A DNA stretch of 64,000 nucleotides, from NCBI GenBank assembly GCA_030390025.1, contig CM059425.1:170750001-170814000 (forward strand), given 5' to 3'. This document shows, piece after piece, positions 23,557-37,300 of the stretch. Each line of letters starts with the position of its first letter. The stretch's first letter is position 1. The notes beneath the pieces are model-generated. The model searched no databases. It saw only the letters and a program-made list of their open reading frames with translations, and had not been told where the DNA came from. The DNA is from Squalus acanthias (Eukaryota). A program made the translations under genes and the position numbers.

Positions 23557-25694
23557 GGCCGGGAAATTCGATACCTCCAAAAAATGGGCTCGGGCACCGT
23601 GATGTGAGATATGCCCATGCCTTTTCAAAAAGCGTAGGCAGCACGTCAACTTCGCGCTGCCTGCTAATTATCATGATTGTAGCGCACAGCCCAGTGCAGA
23701 ACGCGCTGCTGACAGGCCGTGCGCTCAGCAGGAGGCCAAAGTTCATGTTGCTGGAGCGAGGCTAGCTTTGCTTAAAGCCTCCTGCTGATGAAAAAGTTTA
23801 AAAGTGCTTCAGCACTAGGCAGTCTGCACCTCTTAAAGATGAGCTGCCTTCTGCTTATCAGCAATGGTAAAAGTGCTTCAGCACTAACACAAATGGCGCA
23901 ACAGACCAGGGAAAGGGCACCCAGGGTCTTGCATGCAGCACTCCAGCTTTGTGCAGGGGTCAACGCTGGAAGGGAGGTCCTCTACCCACAGGGGCCGGGA
24001 GGCCCTCTAGAAAAAGGAGGTAGGACCAGATCACCGAGGCCATCACTGCCAGCAGTGTCGCCCCCCAGGACCTGACTCCAGTGCCCAAAGACGTTTCATG
24101 ACCTCAGACCAGTGATCAAGCTCAGTGAATGCATCTTCAAAAGCCGTCTCCTACCAACTGCACCATTAGCCTCACACACTGCTCAATGCACAACCGCCCC
24201 CACCCCCACCCCCACCCCCCACAACCCTCCCCACCGGCCCCCCATCGCTCACCTACCAACAATCTCTATCAAACACGAGGCACACCTCACATTCCTAGCT
24301 TCATCTCACCCCCTTGGAGGAAACGATGCTGGCCATTCTTGACAGGGGCATGACTGAGCCCAGGTCCAGTGGTGGGCTGAAGGAATAGAAGATGCCGGTA
24401 TCCTCATACGTTATCCTCCTTCTCACATCCCACTTCCCCCTCATCCCACAATCTCTTCTGATTTACAAGCTGAACATGGTATAAGCATGAGCCTCTTGCT
24501 TTCCCCCCTCCCCTCACTACAACCCTACCCTTGTGCCTTCCTCATTTCAGACACCCAAGAAATCCAGCCTTCCCAGCCAGTGGTTGACCAAGAAGAAGGA
24601 GAGGAGAGTGAAGAAGAAGAAGAAACACCATCACTCGATTTCACACTCCCAGCCACCAGCTCCTCGAGGTCGTCCTGCAAGGCTATCTGCACTGTTCCCC
24701 ACTAAAGGTCAGCAGCCTTCCACCAGCGGTGCTGCATCCACTGCGGTAGCACTGCGTGACAGCACTAGGATAGGCAAAGGCACACACAAGACACTCACTA
24801 AGGGAATGCATGAGGGGAATTCGTTGATTTATTGATGTAATATTGGATGCGTTTATGGATAAAGTTGGATTGGAAAGTTTGCTTTGAGGTGGCTTTTATT
24901 TCAGCATTGTGGCCAAGAGGACACTGTGATGGTCAGTAACAGAGGGAAGGTAAGGTGTGGGACAAATGTTGAAAGGGGAATTGGGGTTGTGCTCACTGGT
25001 ACTGCAGGCGGATGATTCGATCCCAGATATCCCGGCCAGAAAGGGGCTGTCTGGGTTATCTCCTTCCTTCTGCTTCCTCCTCTTCCACTTTTTCCTCTTT
25101 TACTTCTTCTTCTTCTGCTTCCTCCTCTTCCTCCTCCTCCTCCCTCCACGAGCAGCTTGTCCCCTTTGCTGCCTCTGCTCCATCTCCATGTCATGCTGCA
25201 GCCCAAGGGGGACTGCAACTAGAGCCGCTAGGACTGGGAGCAAGTGGTGTTCTCAGAGGCCTTCCTTAAAGAGCCAAAGCCTCGCTCATGTCCAGCAGCA
25301 CTCCCTGCATTCCCTTCATACTTTAACAACTTTTTAAATGTTTGCACCATGCCACTACTCCAATAAAATGTAAAGAACCCAGTCCAAGAGCAAAAATCTA
25401 AACTTACCTGCAAGTTGTGTGTGTCCCTTTAAGAAGCACTGACAGTGGCTCCGTTGTACTGCTGCACACACGTTTTGCCGTGCGTGGTTTGGAGAGGGTG
25501 TTACTAAGAGTGGCGACGCCCAAAATCCCAAATTCAGGTGTTGCACATCAATTAACATCACGATCTGGATCAGTTAAATATGGGATGCGAGCCCAGGCAA
25601 CGGCAGCGCTGCCGACCTGCCCAAAATGGCAGCTGCCATTTTTTCTTCCAAACTGGCCTTAATTGCCGTCGCAAATAACCCCAATTTCCCAGCC
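23557..25694 (+). mobile_element. Non-autonomous Harbinger derivative (Myb remnant on +, transposase mostly deleted on -)
   Basis: TIRs GGCCGGGAAATT and AATTTCCCAGCC; MAQQTRERAPR at 23893, decayed QCxKxFxDL motif, DTQEIQP..EEEEETPSLD exon; acidic transposase-like tail on minus ~25010-25150. TSD not clean. Confidence 0.75.
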
Positions 25695-27182
25695 CACGTT
25701 TCTGATTACCTCAAGTGAGTACGATCCCTTAATTTTCTTCATTTAATGCTTAGAGCTCTGTTAGGGATCTCTAGCATACAATTATCCACAGTACTTGCAT
25801 GGCTGTCCTGGAAGATACCCTCTGCAACTTATTATCAAGGATTATCAAACGTGTTATTGGCCCAGGCAAGTTAATCATAAAACAAATCATTTGACAGAAT
25901 TGCAAAAGCTCCTCTGTCACACCATTTCAAAATAGAGCTTAGATCTGTCTAAACAGTCGGTTCTCAAGAGACTGGCATTTTGTTTACAAACCAAACAGAA
26001 TAAAAGATCATAGCGTATTTGTACATTCAGTTTGCCCTAGGATAGCAGTTCAACTTCTAGTAGTTCTAAAACATATCACCCAGGAGTCAGTTTATAGACA
26101 CGATGCTCCTCTAGGTCATGTCATTCTTACATTCAATATGCAACAGATATCAAATATTCCTTTCTCATAATTTTTTGTACTGGCTTAGCTATGAATCTTT
26201 TCCTTGTTTTTATAATTTAAAACACAATAAAAATAATTGTCTTTTGAAGTAGTATGAATGGGTCACAAAGCAGCGAGAGAGGACGTTCCTCAGTCTCAGC
26301 CGGGTCATCTATGGGATATAAGGAAGTTAGGAGAGTTATCCTTGACCGCATGGGACAAGTACAGATCCTGCCAAGTGGACCAAAGTGTGAGATTGACCAA
26401 AAGAGTCAAAGGGAAAATAGGAAGGACATCAGGATATGCTATGGTTTAAATTCCCAATGCATTGGGGGTTTATCTCAGATGCCGTTCATTGGTTTAATCC
26501 AATACTAATTAAACTTAATTCCTAGCTAAAACAGTCATAGCATTTGGCCTTTCTTTCAGCTGTTCCGTACTTTGATTTAAAGGGTACTATCATTATAAAT
26601 ATGTCACATGGTATATATTCTTCATTAATATATTATATTAATAAAATATAATCCAAGGCGAGATTTACAGACAAGTTACATTTACCCACATAGCTGCACA
26701 ATTACAAGGCAGCTTATGTTTATGGAAACCCTATATTGTTGTGTCACTTAGGTTGTGAACTTGCTCCTAGAAACTGATAAAGCAGCCCAGTGCCATGCCA
26801 GCAATGTGCAGATGCTCCGTGCGCCTGTACACAAATAGGCTAACCATGCCAGGTTAAAGCGAGAACAGTCTACCTGCATAATATATTGGTGTCCCAGGTT
26901 ACGGGTACTTCTCCCATGATGCCCCAGTGAAGGACAGCTGGCTGCTCGTTGTGATCTGGGCGCTTTACTGGTGGGGGAGGGGCGGTGGGCAAGGGAGCGA
27001 GGATCATGGGGGTTTTCGGGGACCTGGAGAACTGGGGAAGTGATCTTTGTTGCCAAGAGCGCAATTGCCAGGGAGCAAAGGCCAGGGGTGCACAAATGTT
27101 CTCTCACATGGTGAACATCCCTTCAGCACCCACTCCGAAAAGGTAGTATGCAGCTGGAGCACTGCTCAGACAGATCAACCAC

Positions 27183-28350
27183 TTATGCACTTTCAAAAGG
27201 CCTTTGATAAAGTACCACATATTAGGCTTGTTAGCAAAATTGAAGCCCAGGGGATAAAAGGGGCAGTAGCAGCATGAATACAAAATTGACCAAGGGATAG
27301 AAAACAGAGTTGTGGTGAATGGCTGTTTTTCAGACTGGAGGGAGGTATACAGTGATGTTCCCCAAGATTCAGTACTAGGACCACTGCTGTTTTTGATATA
27401 CATTAATGATTTGGACTTGGGGGTACAGGGCATAACTTCAAAATTTGCAGATGACACAAAATTTGGAAACGTAGTAAACAGTGAGGAAGATAGTAATAGA
27501 CTTCCAGAGGACATAGACAGGCTGGTAGAATGGGTGGACACATGGCAGATGAAATTCAATGCAGAAAAGTGTGAGGTGATATATTTTGGTAGGAAACATG
27601 TGGAAAGACAATACAAGCTAAACAGTACAATTTTAAAGGGGGAGCAAGAACAGAGAGACCTGGGGGTGCTTGTACACAAATCTTTGAAGGTGGCGGGACA
27701 GGTTAACAAAGCAGTTAATAAAGCGTATGGTATCCTGGGCTTTATAAATAGAGGCATAGAGAACAAAAATAAAGTCGTTATGCTAAACCTATATAACACA
27801 CTATTTCGGCCCCAGCTGGAGTATTGTGTCCAATTCTGGGCACCACACTTTAGGAAGGACGTGAAGGCTTTGAGAGGGTACCGAAGAGATTTACTAGAAT
27901 GGTTCCAGGGATGAGGGACTTCAGTTACGTGGATAGACTAGAGAAGCTGGGGTTGTTCCTTGGAGCAGAGAAGGCTAAGAGGAGATTTGATAGAGGTGTT
28001 AAAATCATGAAGGATTTAGATAGAGTAAATAAAGAGAAACTGTTTCCAATGGCTGAAGAGTCGATAACGAGAGGGCACAGATTTAAGGTGATTGGCAAAA
28101 GAACCAGAGGTGACACGAGGAAAAACATTTTTTACGCAACGAGTGGTTAGGATTTGGAATGCACTACCTAATAGGGTGGTGGATACAGATTCAATAGTAG
28201 CTTTCAAAAGGGAATTGGATAAATAATTAAAGGAGAAAAAATTGCAGGGATATGGGGTAAGAACAGGGGGGTGGGTCTAATTGGATTGCTCTTTGAAAGA
28301 GACTTGATAGGTCGAATGGCCTCCTTCTGTGCTGTACTACTCTATGATTA
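27183..28350 (+). mobile_element. 5'-truncated CR1 fragment
   Basis: FQKAFDKV, SVLGPLLF, KFADD, RPQLEYC; ends ctctatgattatga. Confidence 0.88.
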
Positions 28351-28802
28351 TGAGGCAGGTGCCTCATTTAAATAGAAATTGAGGGCCTAATAACCATAGC
28401 TTACTATTTGGCTCCCAGCCCCCTTTACACTCACTATTCACATTGGGTCACAATGAGCACCACATGAAGCACATTATATGCCCAATTTCTGGGGAGGGGG
28501 CCAGCCATTAAATTAATTATCCCTTAGCATACTGACAATGAATAAAATGGAAGTTAAATTTTCCTCACATGTTTTAATGCCTTCAGATAAAAGTATAACT
28601 TTACTCGGTGTGAATTTTTTTTCAGATTGGATGCTTTATAAGTAGTGCATAACAGAGTAGCCAATCAAAATGCAACTGCAACAAGAATGCAAAGTCACTG
28701 TTTTAATGATCCAAAGAGCCACAAACACACAGGTCCAGAAATTCAATTGAATTGGCCAGCCGTAAATTGGAACAGTAAAGCGACAAACCTTGTGGTACAC
28801 CT

Positions 28803-29860
28803 TGAGGTGAGAGTGACTGCCCTTGACATCAAGGCAGCATTTAACTGAGTGTGGCATCAAGGAGCCTGAGTAAAATTGAAGTCAATGGGAATCAGGGGGA
28901 AAACTCTCCACCTCTTGGAGTCATACCTAGCACAAAGGAAGGTGGTTGTGGTTGTTGGAGGTCAATCATCTCAGCCCCAGGACATCGCTGCAGGAGTTAT
29001 CAGGGCAGTGTCCTAGGCCCAATCATCTTCAGCTGCTTCATCAATGTCCTTCCTCCATCATAAGGTCAGAAATGGGGATGTTCGCTGATGATTGCACAGT
29101 GTTCAGTTCCAATCGCAACTCCTCAGATAATGAAGCAGTCCATGGCCGCATGCAGCAAGACCTGGACGACATTCAGGCTTGGGCTGATAAGTGACAAGTA
29201 ACATTCACACCACAGAAGTGCCAAGCAATGACTATCTCCAACAAGAGAGCATCTAACCACTGCCCCTTGACATGCAACAGCATTACCATCGCCGAATTCC
29301 CCACCATCAACATCCCAGGGTCACCATTGACCAGACGCTTAACTGGACCAGCCACATAAATACTGTGGCAACCTCCTGACTCCCCAAAGCCTTTCCACCA
29401 TCTACAAGGCACAAGTAAGGAGTGTGTTGGAATACTCTCCACTTGCCTGGATGAGTGCAGCTCCAACAACACTCAAGAAGATCAACACCATGCAGGACAA
29501 AGTAGCCCGCTTGATTGGCACCCCATCGACCACCTTAAACATTCACTCCCTCCACCACCGGCACACCATGGCTGCAGTGTGTACCATTTACAAGATGCAC
29601 TGCAGCAACTCACCAAGGCTTCTTTGGCAGCACCTCCCAAACTCGCAACCTCTAAAGCCTAGAAGGACAAGGGCAGCAGGCGCATGGCAACACCATAACC
29701 TCTAAGTTCCCCTCCAAGTCTCACACCTTCCTGACTTGGAAGTATATCACCGTTCCTTCATTGTCGCTGGGTCAAAATCCTTCTCAAGGGCAATTAGGGA
29801 TGGTCAATAAATGCTGGCCTTACCAGCGACGCCCACATCCCATGAGCAAATAAAAAAAGA
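28803..29860 (+). mobile_element. L2/CR1-group LINE (A-tailed family), decayed 3' part
   Basis: ALDIKAAF, QGSVLGP, MFADD, MLEYSPLAWMSAAPTTL; 3' end gcaattagggatggtcaataaatgctggcc..cccatgagcaaataaaaaaa. Clade uncertain. Confidence 0.8.
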
Positions 29861-30214
29861 AAAAATAATGCATACTCTCTATCAGAATCTGCTGGATTGT
29901 GTTATCTTGGCACCTCTCCTCAGGTCTACCATCTTCTTCCACATCTCCAGCCAGGTCCTCTGGGAGTTATAGAGAGCAATCTTCATGTCAGCTGCCTCCT
30001 GCCAGGCATTTCAAATGACTTCTCTCTAGGCAGGGTGCCAGTGACTATCAACTATGGCAACCCTCACTGTGTTAAATAGCACCACAAGGGCAGCATCTAT
30101 AAATGTGGCCATGTGGTATCTAGAGGCACAGCAGTTTCAATCTCTTCCCTTCTATTTATTTCATATGGAGGCCCTTTAAATGGGTAGAAGAGGAACAATA
30201 TCAACAAAGTCAAA

Positions 30215-30920
30215 AATAGAGAGTGTTAACTGTGAAGAGGACTGTAAGTGACTTTAGGAGACACAGGTTAATAGTTTGGGCAGATCGATGTCGAATAAAG
30301 TTTAATGCAGGGAAGTTGAGGTGATACAGTTTAGGAGGATGACTATAGAGTGGAAATATACAGTAAGGTCAGAAATTTCCTTTGAGCTACTCTCCCTCTG
30401 TCACCGTAACTTCACCAGAAGAGCGACGGGAACCCCATTTACGCACGTAAACAGTAAAGTTACAGTGGCAGAGTGGGAGAAACTCCCGGACTAAATGTTA
30501 ACATTTTTTAAGAAATAGAAGCGCAGAGAGACTTAGGGGTTCAGATCCACAAATCTTTAAAAATTGCACAAGAAGTTGATAAGGTTCTTAAAAAGCTTTT
30601 GGAATCTTAAATGTTATAAATATGGGATAACGTACAAGAGCAAAGAGATAACACTAAACCTATCAAATCATTGGTTAGGCCACAATTGTATCCAGTTTTG
30701 GGTGCTCAGCTTTACGATGGATGTCAAACCTTGGAGAGAATATTATACGAGGGAAGCGAGGCTTTAATTACAGGGAGAGACTAGAGACACTTGAGCTCCT
30801 TTTACTAGAACAGCGAAGTATAAGAGATATGATAGAAGTGTTCAAGATTATGAAAGGTTTTCAGAAGGTAAATAGGAATAACTATTTCCACTGTCAGTAA
30901 CTAGAGAGCATAAATTTAAT
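30215..30920 (+). mobile_element. Old CR1 3' fragment (continues at 31666-31703 and 32469-32480 between the MITEs)
   Basis: QRDLGVQIHKSLK and FWVLSF..DV-like remnants; contains a small internal palindromic insertion ~30368-30490. Confidence 0.6.
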
Positions 30921-31662
30921 GGGCCAAAAATTGATCCCGCGACGCGAGAGTACGCAGTGCGTACTCTCGCGTATTCTCTCTCCAATTGCCGGTTTTCTGC
31001 ATGCCCTGCGCATGCGCTGAAAACTGGCACTTGGTCTTTTGAAAAGGGGCCGGTTCCTCGGTGCATCGCGTGCGCGCTACAGGCTGCGCGCACGCTGTGC
31101 ACTTCATGCTTTGGACGCGCAGGTAAGTACGGAAGATTTTAGAAATGGAAAAAGGAGGAGTAAGACCCACTTTTAACAAGGTAAGTAGTGAATTAAGTAT
31201 TTTTTTGAATTTTTTTTAACAGGTATATCTTTTTTAGAGACTTTAAAGACAGGTAAGTTTATTTTTATAACTTTTTAAAAGATTTTAAATTTTTTCAAAA
31301 ATTTAATTTTTTATTTAAAATGGTTAATTTATTTAACTATACTTATTTTATTAATGTGATGGGTTTTTTTTTATTTAATTGAGGTTTAGCTGTTATTTTA
31401 GGGGGGTGTAAGATTCATAGATTTCACAGCACGTATGTGAAACTTATGAATGGAAGATGGTGTGCTGCCATTGGCTCTAACTGAGTCACGTGATCCCACA
31501 GCTCGCACGAATTCACTACGCCGGTGGGATACGCAAGCACTGCCCGGCTGATGTCTAGAACATCAAGTTCGTGCGAGCTGGATCTGAAAAAGCACAAGCG
31601 GAGTGAGAGATCGCGTGGAAGCCTTACCCCCGCGGGAACAGAGTGAGATCAATTTCTGGGCC
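30921..31662 (+). mobile_element. MITE family A, copy 2
   Basis: GGGCCAAAAATT..AATTTCTGGGCC; AT-rich core nearly identical to copy 1; flanks AAT / ATT. Confidence 0.9.
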
Positions 31663-31703
31663 ATTATCATCACCAAAAGAACAAAGGGTCAGGTTAGAAT
31701 AAT

Positions 31704-32465
31704 GGCCCAAAAATTCGGCTGAATACAGGAGAGTACGACTGTGCACTCTCGCGTATTCAATCCCGAAGTGCTGGTTTCCTGCATGCACTGCGCATGCGCG
31801 GGAAACCGGCACTTCAGGTATGGCGAAGGGGGCGGTTCCTAAGTGAACCGCGTGCGCACTACAGGCTGTGCGCACGAAGCACACTTAGGTTTTTTTTCAG
31901 GTTTCAACACGAAGGTAAGTATGGAAGATTTTACACATGAAAAAAGGAGGAGTAAGACCCCCTTTTAACAAGGTAAGTAGTTAATTAAGTATTATTTTAA
32001 AAAAATTTCAACAGGTTTATCTTTTTTAGAGACTTTAAAGAAAGGTAAGTTTATTTTTATAACTTTTAAAAAGAATTTAAATTTTTTCAAAAATTTAAAT
32101 TTTTGTTTAAAGTGGTTAATTTATTTAACTATAGTTATTTTATTAATGTGATGGTTTTTTTAAATTTATTTGAAGTTTAGCTGTTCTTTTGGGGGCAATT
32201 TGTATTCATAGTTTTGACAGGTCTCCTGTCAAAGCTATGAATGAAAGATGGTGTGCTGCCATTGGCTCTCCATGCCCCACGTGATCCCAGAGGTCGCATC
32301 GAACTAACTGCGCCTCTGGGACACGCACACACTGCGCGCCGGCACCAGGGAGAGGCCCAGGAGCTGAAGTTCGTGTGGGCCCGAAACACAACGGCCGGCG
32401 CGGAGTGTGATATCGCGGGGGATCCTTACCCCGCACGGCAAGACTCCAAGTCAAATTTCTGGGCC
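31704..32465 (+). mobile_element. MITE family A, copy 3 (more divergent)
   Basis: GGCCCAAAAATT..AATTTCTGGGCC; flanks AAT / ATT; 41 bp from copy 2. Confidence 0.9.
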
Positions 32466-32509
32466 ATTATCTTACACAGAAATGTCCTACCAGAAACAGT
32501 GGTGAAAGG

Positions 32510-32830
32510 TGGGAGACCGAAGGGGGAGAACAAAACTAAGGGGCATAAATATAAGATAGTCACTAATAAATCCAAATAGGGAATTCAGGAGAAATGTCTT
32601 TACCCAGAGAGTGGTTAGAATGGGGAACTTGCTACCACAGGGAGTAGCTGAGGCATAGATGGATTTAAGGGGAAACTAGATAAACATTTGAGGGAGAAAG
32701 AAATAGAAGGATATGCTGATTGGGTTAGTTGAAGAGGGGTGGGAGGAGGCTCATGTGGCACATAAACACCAGCATAGACCAATTGGGCCGAATGGCCTGT
32801 TTCTGTGCTGTACATACTGTGTAATTCTTT
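32510..32830 (+). mobile_element. CR1 3' end fragment
   Basis: actaaggggcataaatataag..ccagagagtggttagaatg..gggccgaatggcctgtttctgtgctgta. Confidence 0.7.
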
Positions 32831-33829
32831 GAAAGCAAAATCCATAATACCTGTTAAGAAAGGTGGATAAATATTTGAAAAAGAAAAAATTAAAAGGGAT
32901 GGAGAATGGAATTATGCGGATTGCTCTTTCTTAGCTTTGGCACAGGCACAATGGGAGGTTTGGCCTCCTGTATTATAAAATATGACTGCAGGAGCCCTTT
33001 AATTAGTCACATCAGTGCATTAAAATTCCTGTTCAGTATGCGTGAGCTTCCACAGACAGCTAAAGCTTGCCTAGAGTAGAATATCTATTCAAATTGTGAA
33101 TTTCTAGCAAAAACGGCCCTACACTAAAAGTCAGGGAAATCTCCTGCCTCAATCACACTCGAGCAGGAATTCCTACTTTCATAAATCAAGTTAACACTGA
33201 CCTTTACTTTACATTGCAAAACCTAATTATTTTAAATCTTGGCAGTTATTTTTTAGAATTAACTGAGGTTAACATTGCACCAAGAGTTTCTTTTTAATTC
33301 AGTCACTTGAATTGCTTTCCCAAAATTTTGCAACAATTCTTCAAAAAGGCAGCGAAATCATCATTTAGTTCCTTGTTAAAAAAAAAGAAATTTCAATTCA
33401 AGGTCCGGGTAGTCAGCACTACATTCCAGTAATGCTTTCTATTTTCAGCCAGTTTTATTTGCTAAATTACATTGATCAGTCAAAGCTGGTCTTTACAATT
33501 GGAGTTTTGACTGAATTTTCAGACCTTAGTCACAGGCACATGTGTAAGGTTGATTTCTATTGATCAGAAATCAATAGCATCTAAAATACTGTTTTTAAAA
33601 AAAATAATCTTTACCATATAATGTCAATGGAAATCTCAAATTTGTAGTGCTATGTGCAGTTTTGTAATAGCATTTCTCAGGGCCGATTTCCTTTCACAGT
33701 TACACCAGCTCCCCAGCATATCTGTGGCAGGTGGGGAGGAAAATCAGGCAGGGTGCCATTCTACTGGAACCTGGGACCCAGTGCCACTTCCCGCTAGAGA
33801 TGACCTTAGGCGACCAATAAATCTGCCTA

Positions 33830-34195
33830 AATATGAGAGGTTTTGAGTAGATAGGGAGCAACAGTTTCCACTACCAGGAGGGTTGCTAACCGGAGGACAC
33901 AGATTTAATTAACAAAACAACCAAGAGGAGAGGTGAAGAGAATTGTTTTTATGTACCGAGTTCTTATGATCCGGAATGCACTGCCTGGAAGGGTGGTGGA
34001 AGCAGATTCAATAGTATCTTTCAAAAAGGAATTGGATACATACTTGAAAAGGAAAAATTTACAGGGCTTTGGGGAAAGAGCAGGGGAGGGGGACCAATTG
34101 GATAGCTCTACCAAAGAGCCGGCACAGGCATGATGGGCCGAACGGCCTCCTTCAGTGCTGTATCATTCTATGATTCTATATGATTCTATGATTCT
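33830..34195 (+). mobile_element. CR1 3' end fragment with (ATTCTATG)n tail
   Basis: NALPGRVVEADSIVSFKKELD; tail tcattctatgattctatatgattctatgattc. Confidence 0.8.
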
Positions 34196-34199
34196 CCTC

Positions 34200-34360
34200 G
34201 CTAGGCCAGATTACTGAGGCCAATTGTAGTGCATTCACTGTTTCCATGGATAACGTCAGATATTCAACGGAGCTAAGAGATCAAACAGGAGACCTCTGGT
34301 GTCTGTACTGACAAGCAGCACATCAGATAGGTAGCACATTCACTCACTGAGCCACCAGGT
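34200..34360 (-). mobile_element. Decayed tRNA-derived SINE (resembles AmnSINE2-type from memory); its 5' head runs into the satellite
   Basis: Minus strand reads cctggtggctcagtgagtgaatg (A-box-like)..tgtttgatctc (degenerate B-box)..gcactacaattggcctcagt. Confidence 0.55.
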
Positions 34361-37300
34361 ATGTAGCACATTCACTCACTGAGTCACCAGGTATGTAGCA
34401 CATTCACTCACTGAGCCACCAGGTATGTAGCACATTCACTCACTGAGTCATCAGGTATGTAGCACATTCACTCACTGAGTCATCAGGTATGTAGCACATT
34501 CACTCACTGAGCCACCAGGTATGTAGCACATTCACTCACTGAGTCACCAGGTATGTAGCACATTCACTCACTGAGCCACCAGGTATGTAGCACATTCACT
34601 CACTGAGTCACCAGATATGTAGCACATTCACTCACTGAGTCACCAGGTAGGTAGCACATTCACTCACTGAGTCACCAGGTATGTAGCACATTCACTCACT
34701 GAGTCACCAGGTATGTAGCACATTCACTCACTGAGTCACCAGGTAGGTAGCACATTCACTCACTGAGTCACCAGGTATGTAGCACATTCACTCGCTGAGT
34801 CACCAGGTATGTAGCACATTCACTCACTGAGCCATCAGATAGGTAGCACATTCACTCACTGAGTCACCAGGTATGTAGCACATTCACTCGCTGAGTCACC
34901 AGGTATGTAGCACATTCACTCACTGAGCCATCAGATAGGTAGCACATTCACCCACTGAGCCACCAGGTATGTAGCACATTCACTCACTGAGCCATCAGGT
35001 AGGTAGCACATTCACTCGCTGAGTCACCAGGTAGGTAGCACATTCACTCACTGAGTCACCAGGTAGGTAGCACATTCACTCACTGAGTCACCAGGGATGT
35101 AGCACATTCACTCACTGAGCCACCAGGTTGTAGCACATTCACTCACTGAGCCACCAGGTATGTAGCACATTCACTCGCTGAGTCACCAGGTATGTAGCAC
35201 ATTCACTCACTGAGTCACCAGGTATGTAGCACATTCACTCACTGAGTCACCAGGGATGTAGCACATTCACTCACTGAGTCACCAGGTAGGTAGCACATTC
35301 ACTCACTGAGTCACCAGGTAGGTAGCACATTCACTCACTGAGTCACCAGGTATGTAGCACATTCACTCACTGAGTCACCAGGGATGTAGCACATTCACTC
35401 ACTGAGCCATCAGATATGTAGCACATTCACTCACTGAGCCATCAGATATGTAGCTCATTCACTCACTGAGCCACCAGATATGTAGCACATTCACTCACTT
35501 AGCCATCAGATATGTAGCACATTCACTCACTGAGCCATCAGGTAGGTAGCACATTCACTCACTGAGTCACCAGGTAGGTAGCACATTCACTCACTGAGTC
35601 ACCAGGTAGGTAGCACATTCACTCACTGAGCCATCAGATATGTAGCACATTCACTCACTGAGTCACCAGGTAGGTAGCACATTCACTCACTGAGCCACCA
35701 GGTATGTAGCACATTCACTCACTGAGCCACCAGGTATGTAGCACATTCACTCGCTGAGTCACCAGATATGTAGCACATTCACTCACTGAGCCATCAGATA
35801 TGTAGCACATTCACTCACTGAGCCACCAGGTATGTAGCACATTCACTCACTGAGCCATCAGATATGTAGCACATTCACTCACTGAGCCATCAGGTAGGTA
35901 GCACATTCACTCACTGAGCCATCAGGTAGGTAGCACATTCACTCACTGAGTCACCAGGTAGGTAGCACATTCACTCACTGAGCCACCAGGTATGTAGCAC
36001 ATTCACTCACTGAGTCACCAGGTATGTAGCACATTCACTTACTGAGTCACCAGGTAGGTAGCACATTCACTCACTGAGCCACCAGGTATGTAGCACATTC
36101 ACTCGCTGAGTCACCAGGTATGTAGCACATTCACTCGCTGAGTCACCAGATATGTAGCACATTCACTCACTGAGTCACCAGATATGTAGCACATTCACTC
36201 ACTGAGTCACCAGGTAGGTAGCACATTCACTCGCTGAGTCACCAGGTATGTAGCACATTCACTCGCTGAGTCACCAGATATGTAGCACATTCACTCACTG
36301 AGTCACCAGATATGTAGCACATTCACTCACTGAGTCACCAGGTAGGTAGCACATTCACTCACTGAGCCACCAGGTAGGTAGCACATTCACTCACTGAGTC
36401 ACCAGGTAGGTAGCACATTCATTCACTGAGCCACCTGGTAGGTAGCACATTCACTCACTGAGCCATCAGGTAGGTAGCACATTCACTCACTGAGCCACCA
36501 GGTAGGTAGCACATTCACTCACTGAGTCACCAGGTATGTAGCACATTCACTCACTGAGTCACCAGATATGTAGCACATTCACTCACTGAGTCACCAGGTA
36601 TGTAGCACATTCACTCACTGAGTCACCAGATATGTAGCACATTCACTCGCTGAGTCACCAGGTATGTAGCACATTCACTCACTGAGTCACCAGGTATGTA
36701 GCACATTCACTCACTGAGTCACCAGATATGTAGCACATTCACTCACTGAGTCACCAGATATGTAGCACATTCACTCACTGAGCCACCAGATATGTAGCAC
36801 ATTCACTCACTTAGCCATCAGATATGTAGCACATTCACTCACTTAGCCATCAGATATGTAGCACATTCACTCACTGAGTCACCAGATATGTAGCACATTC
36901 ACTCACTGAGCCATCAGATATGTAGCACATTCACTCACTGAGCCATCAGATATGTAGCACATTCACTCACTGAGTCACCAGGTAGGTAGCACATTCACTC
37001 ACTGAGCCATCAGGTAGGTAGCACATTCACTCACTGAGCCACCAGGTATGTAGCACATTCACTCACTGAGTCACCAGGTATGTAGCACATTCACTCACTG
37101 AATCACCAGATATGTAGCACATTCACTCACTGAGTCACCAGATATGTAGCACATTCACTCACTGAGCCATCAGATATGTAGCTCATTCACTCACTGAGCC
37201 ATCAGATATGTAGCTCATTCACTCACTGAGCCACCAGGTATGTAGCACATTCACTCACTGAGTCACCAGGTATGTAGCACATTCACTCACTGAGCCACCA

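Noticed and set aside
24957..25337. Phe/Leu- and Ser-rich ORFs
   Set aside because: Low-complexity pyrimidine tract, the antisense of a transposase-like acidic tail.
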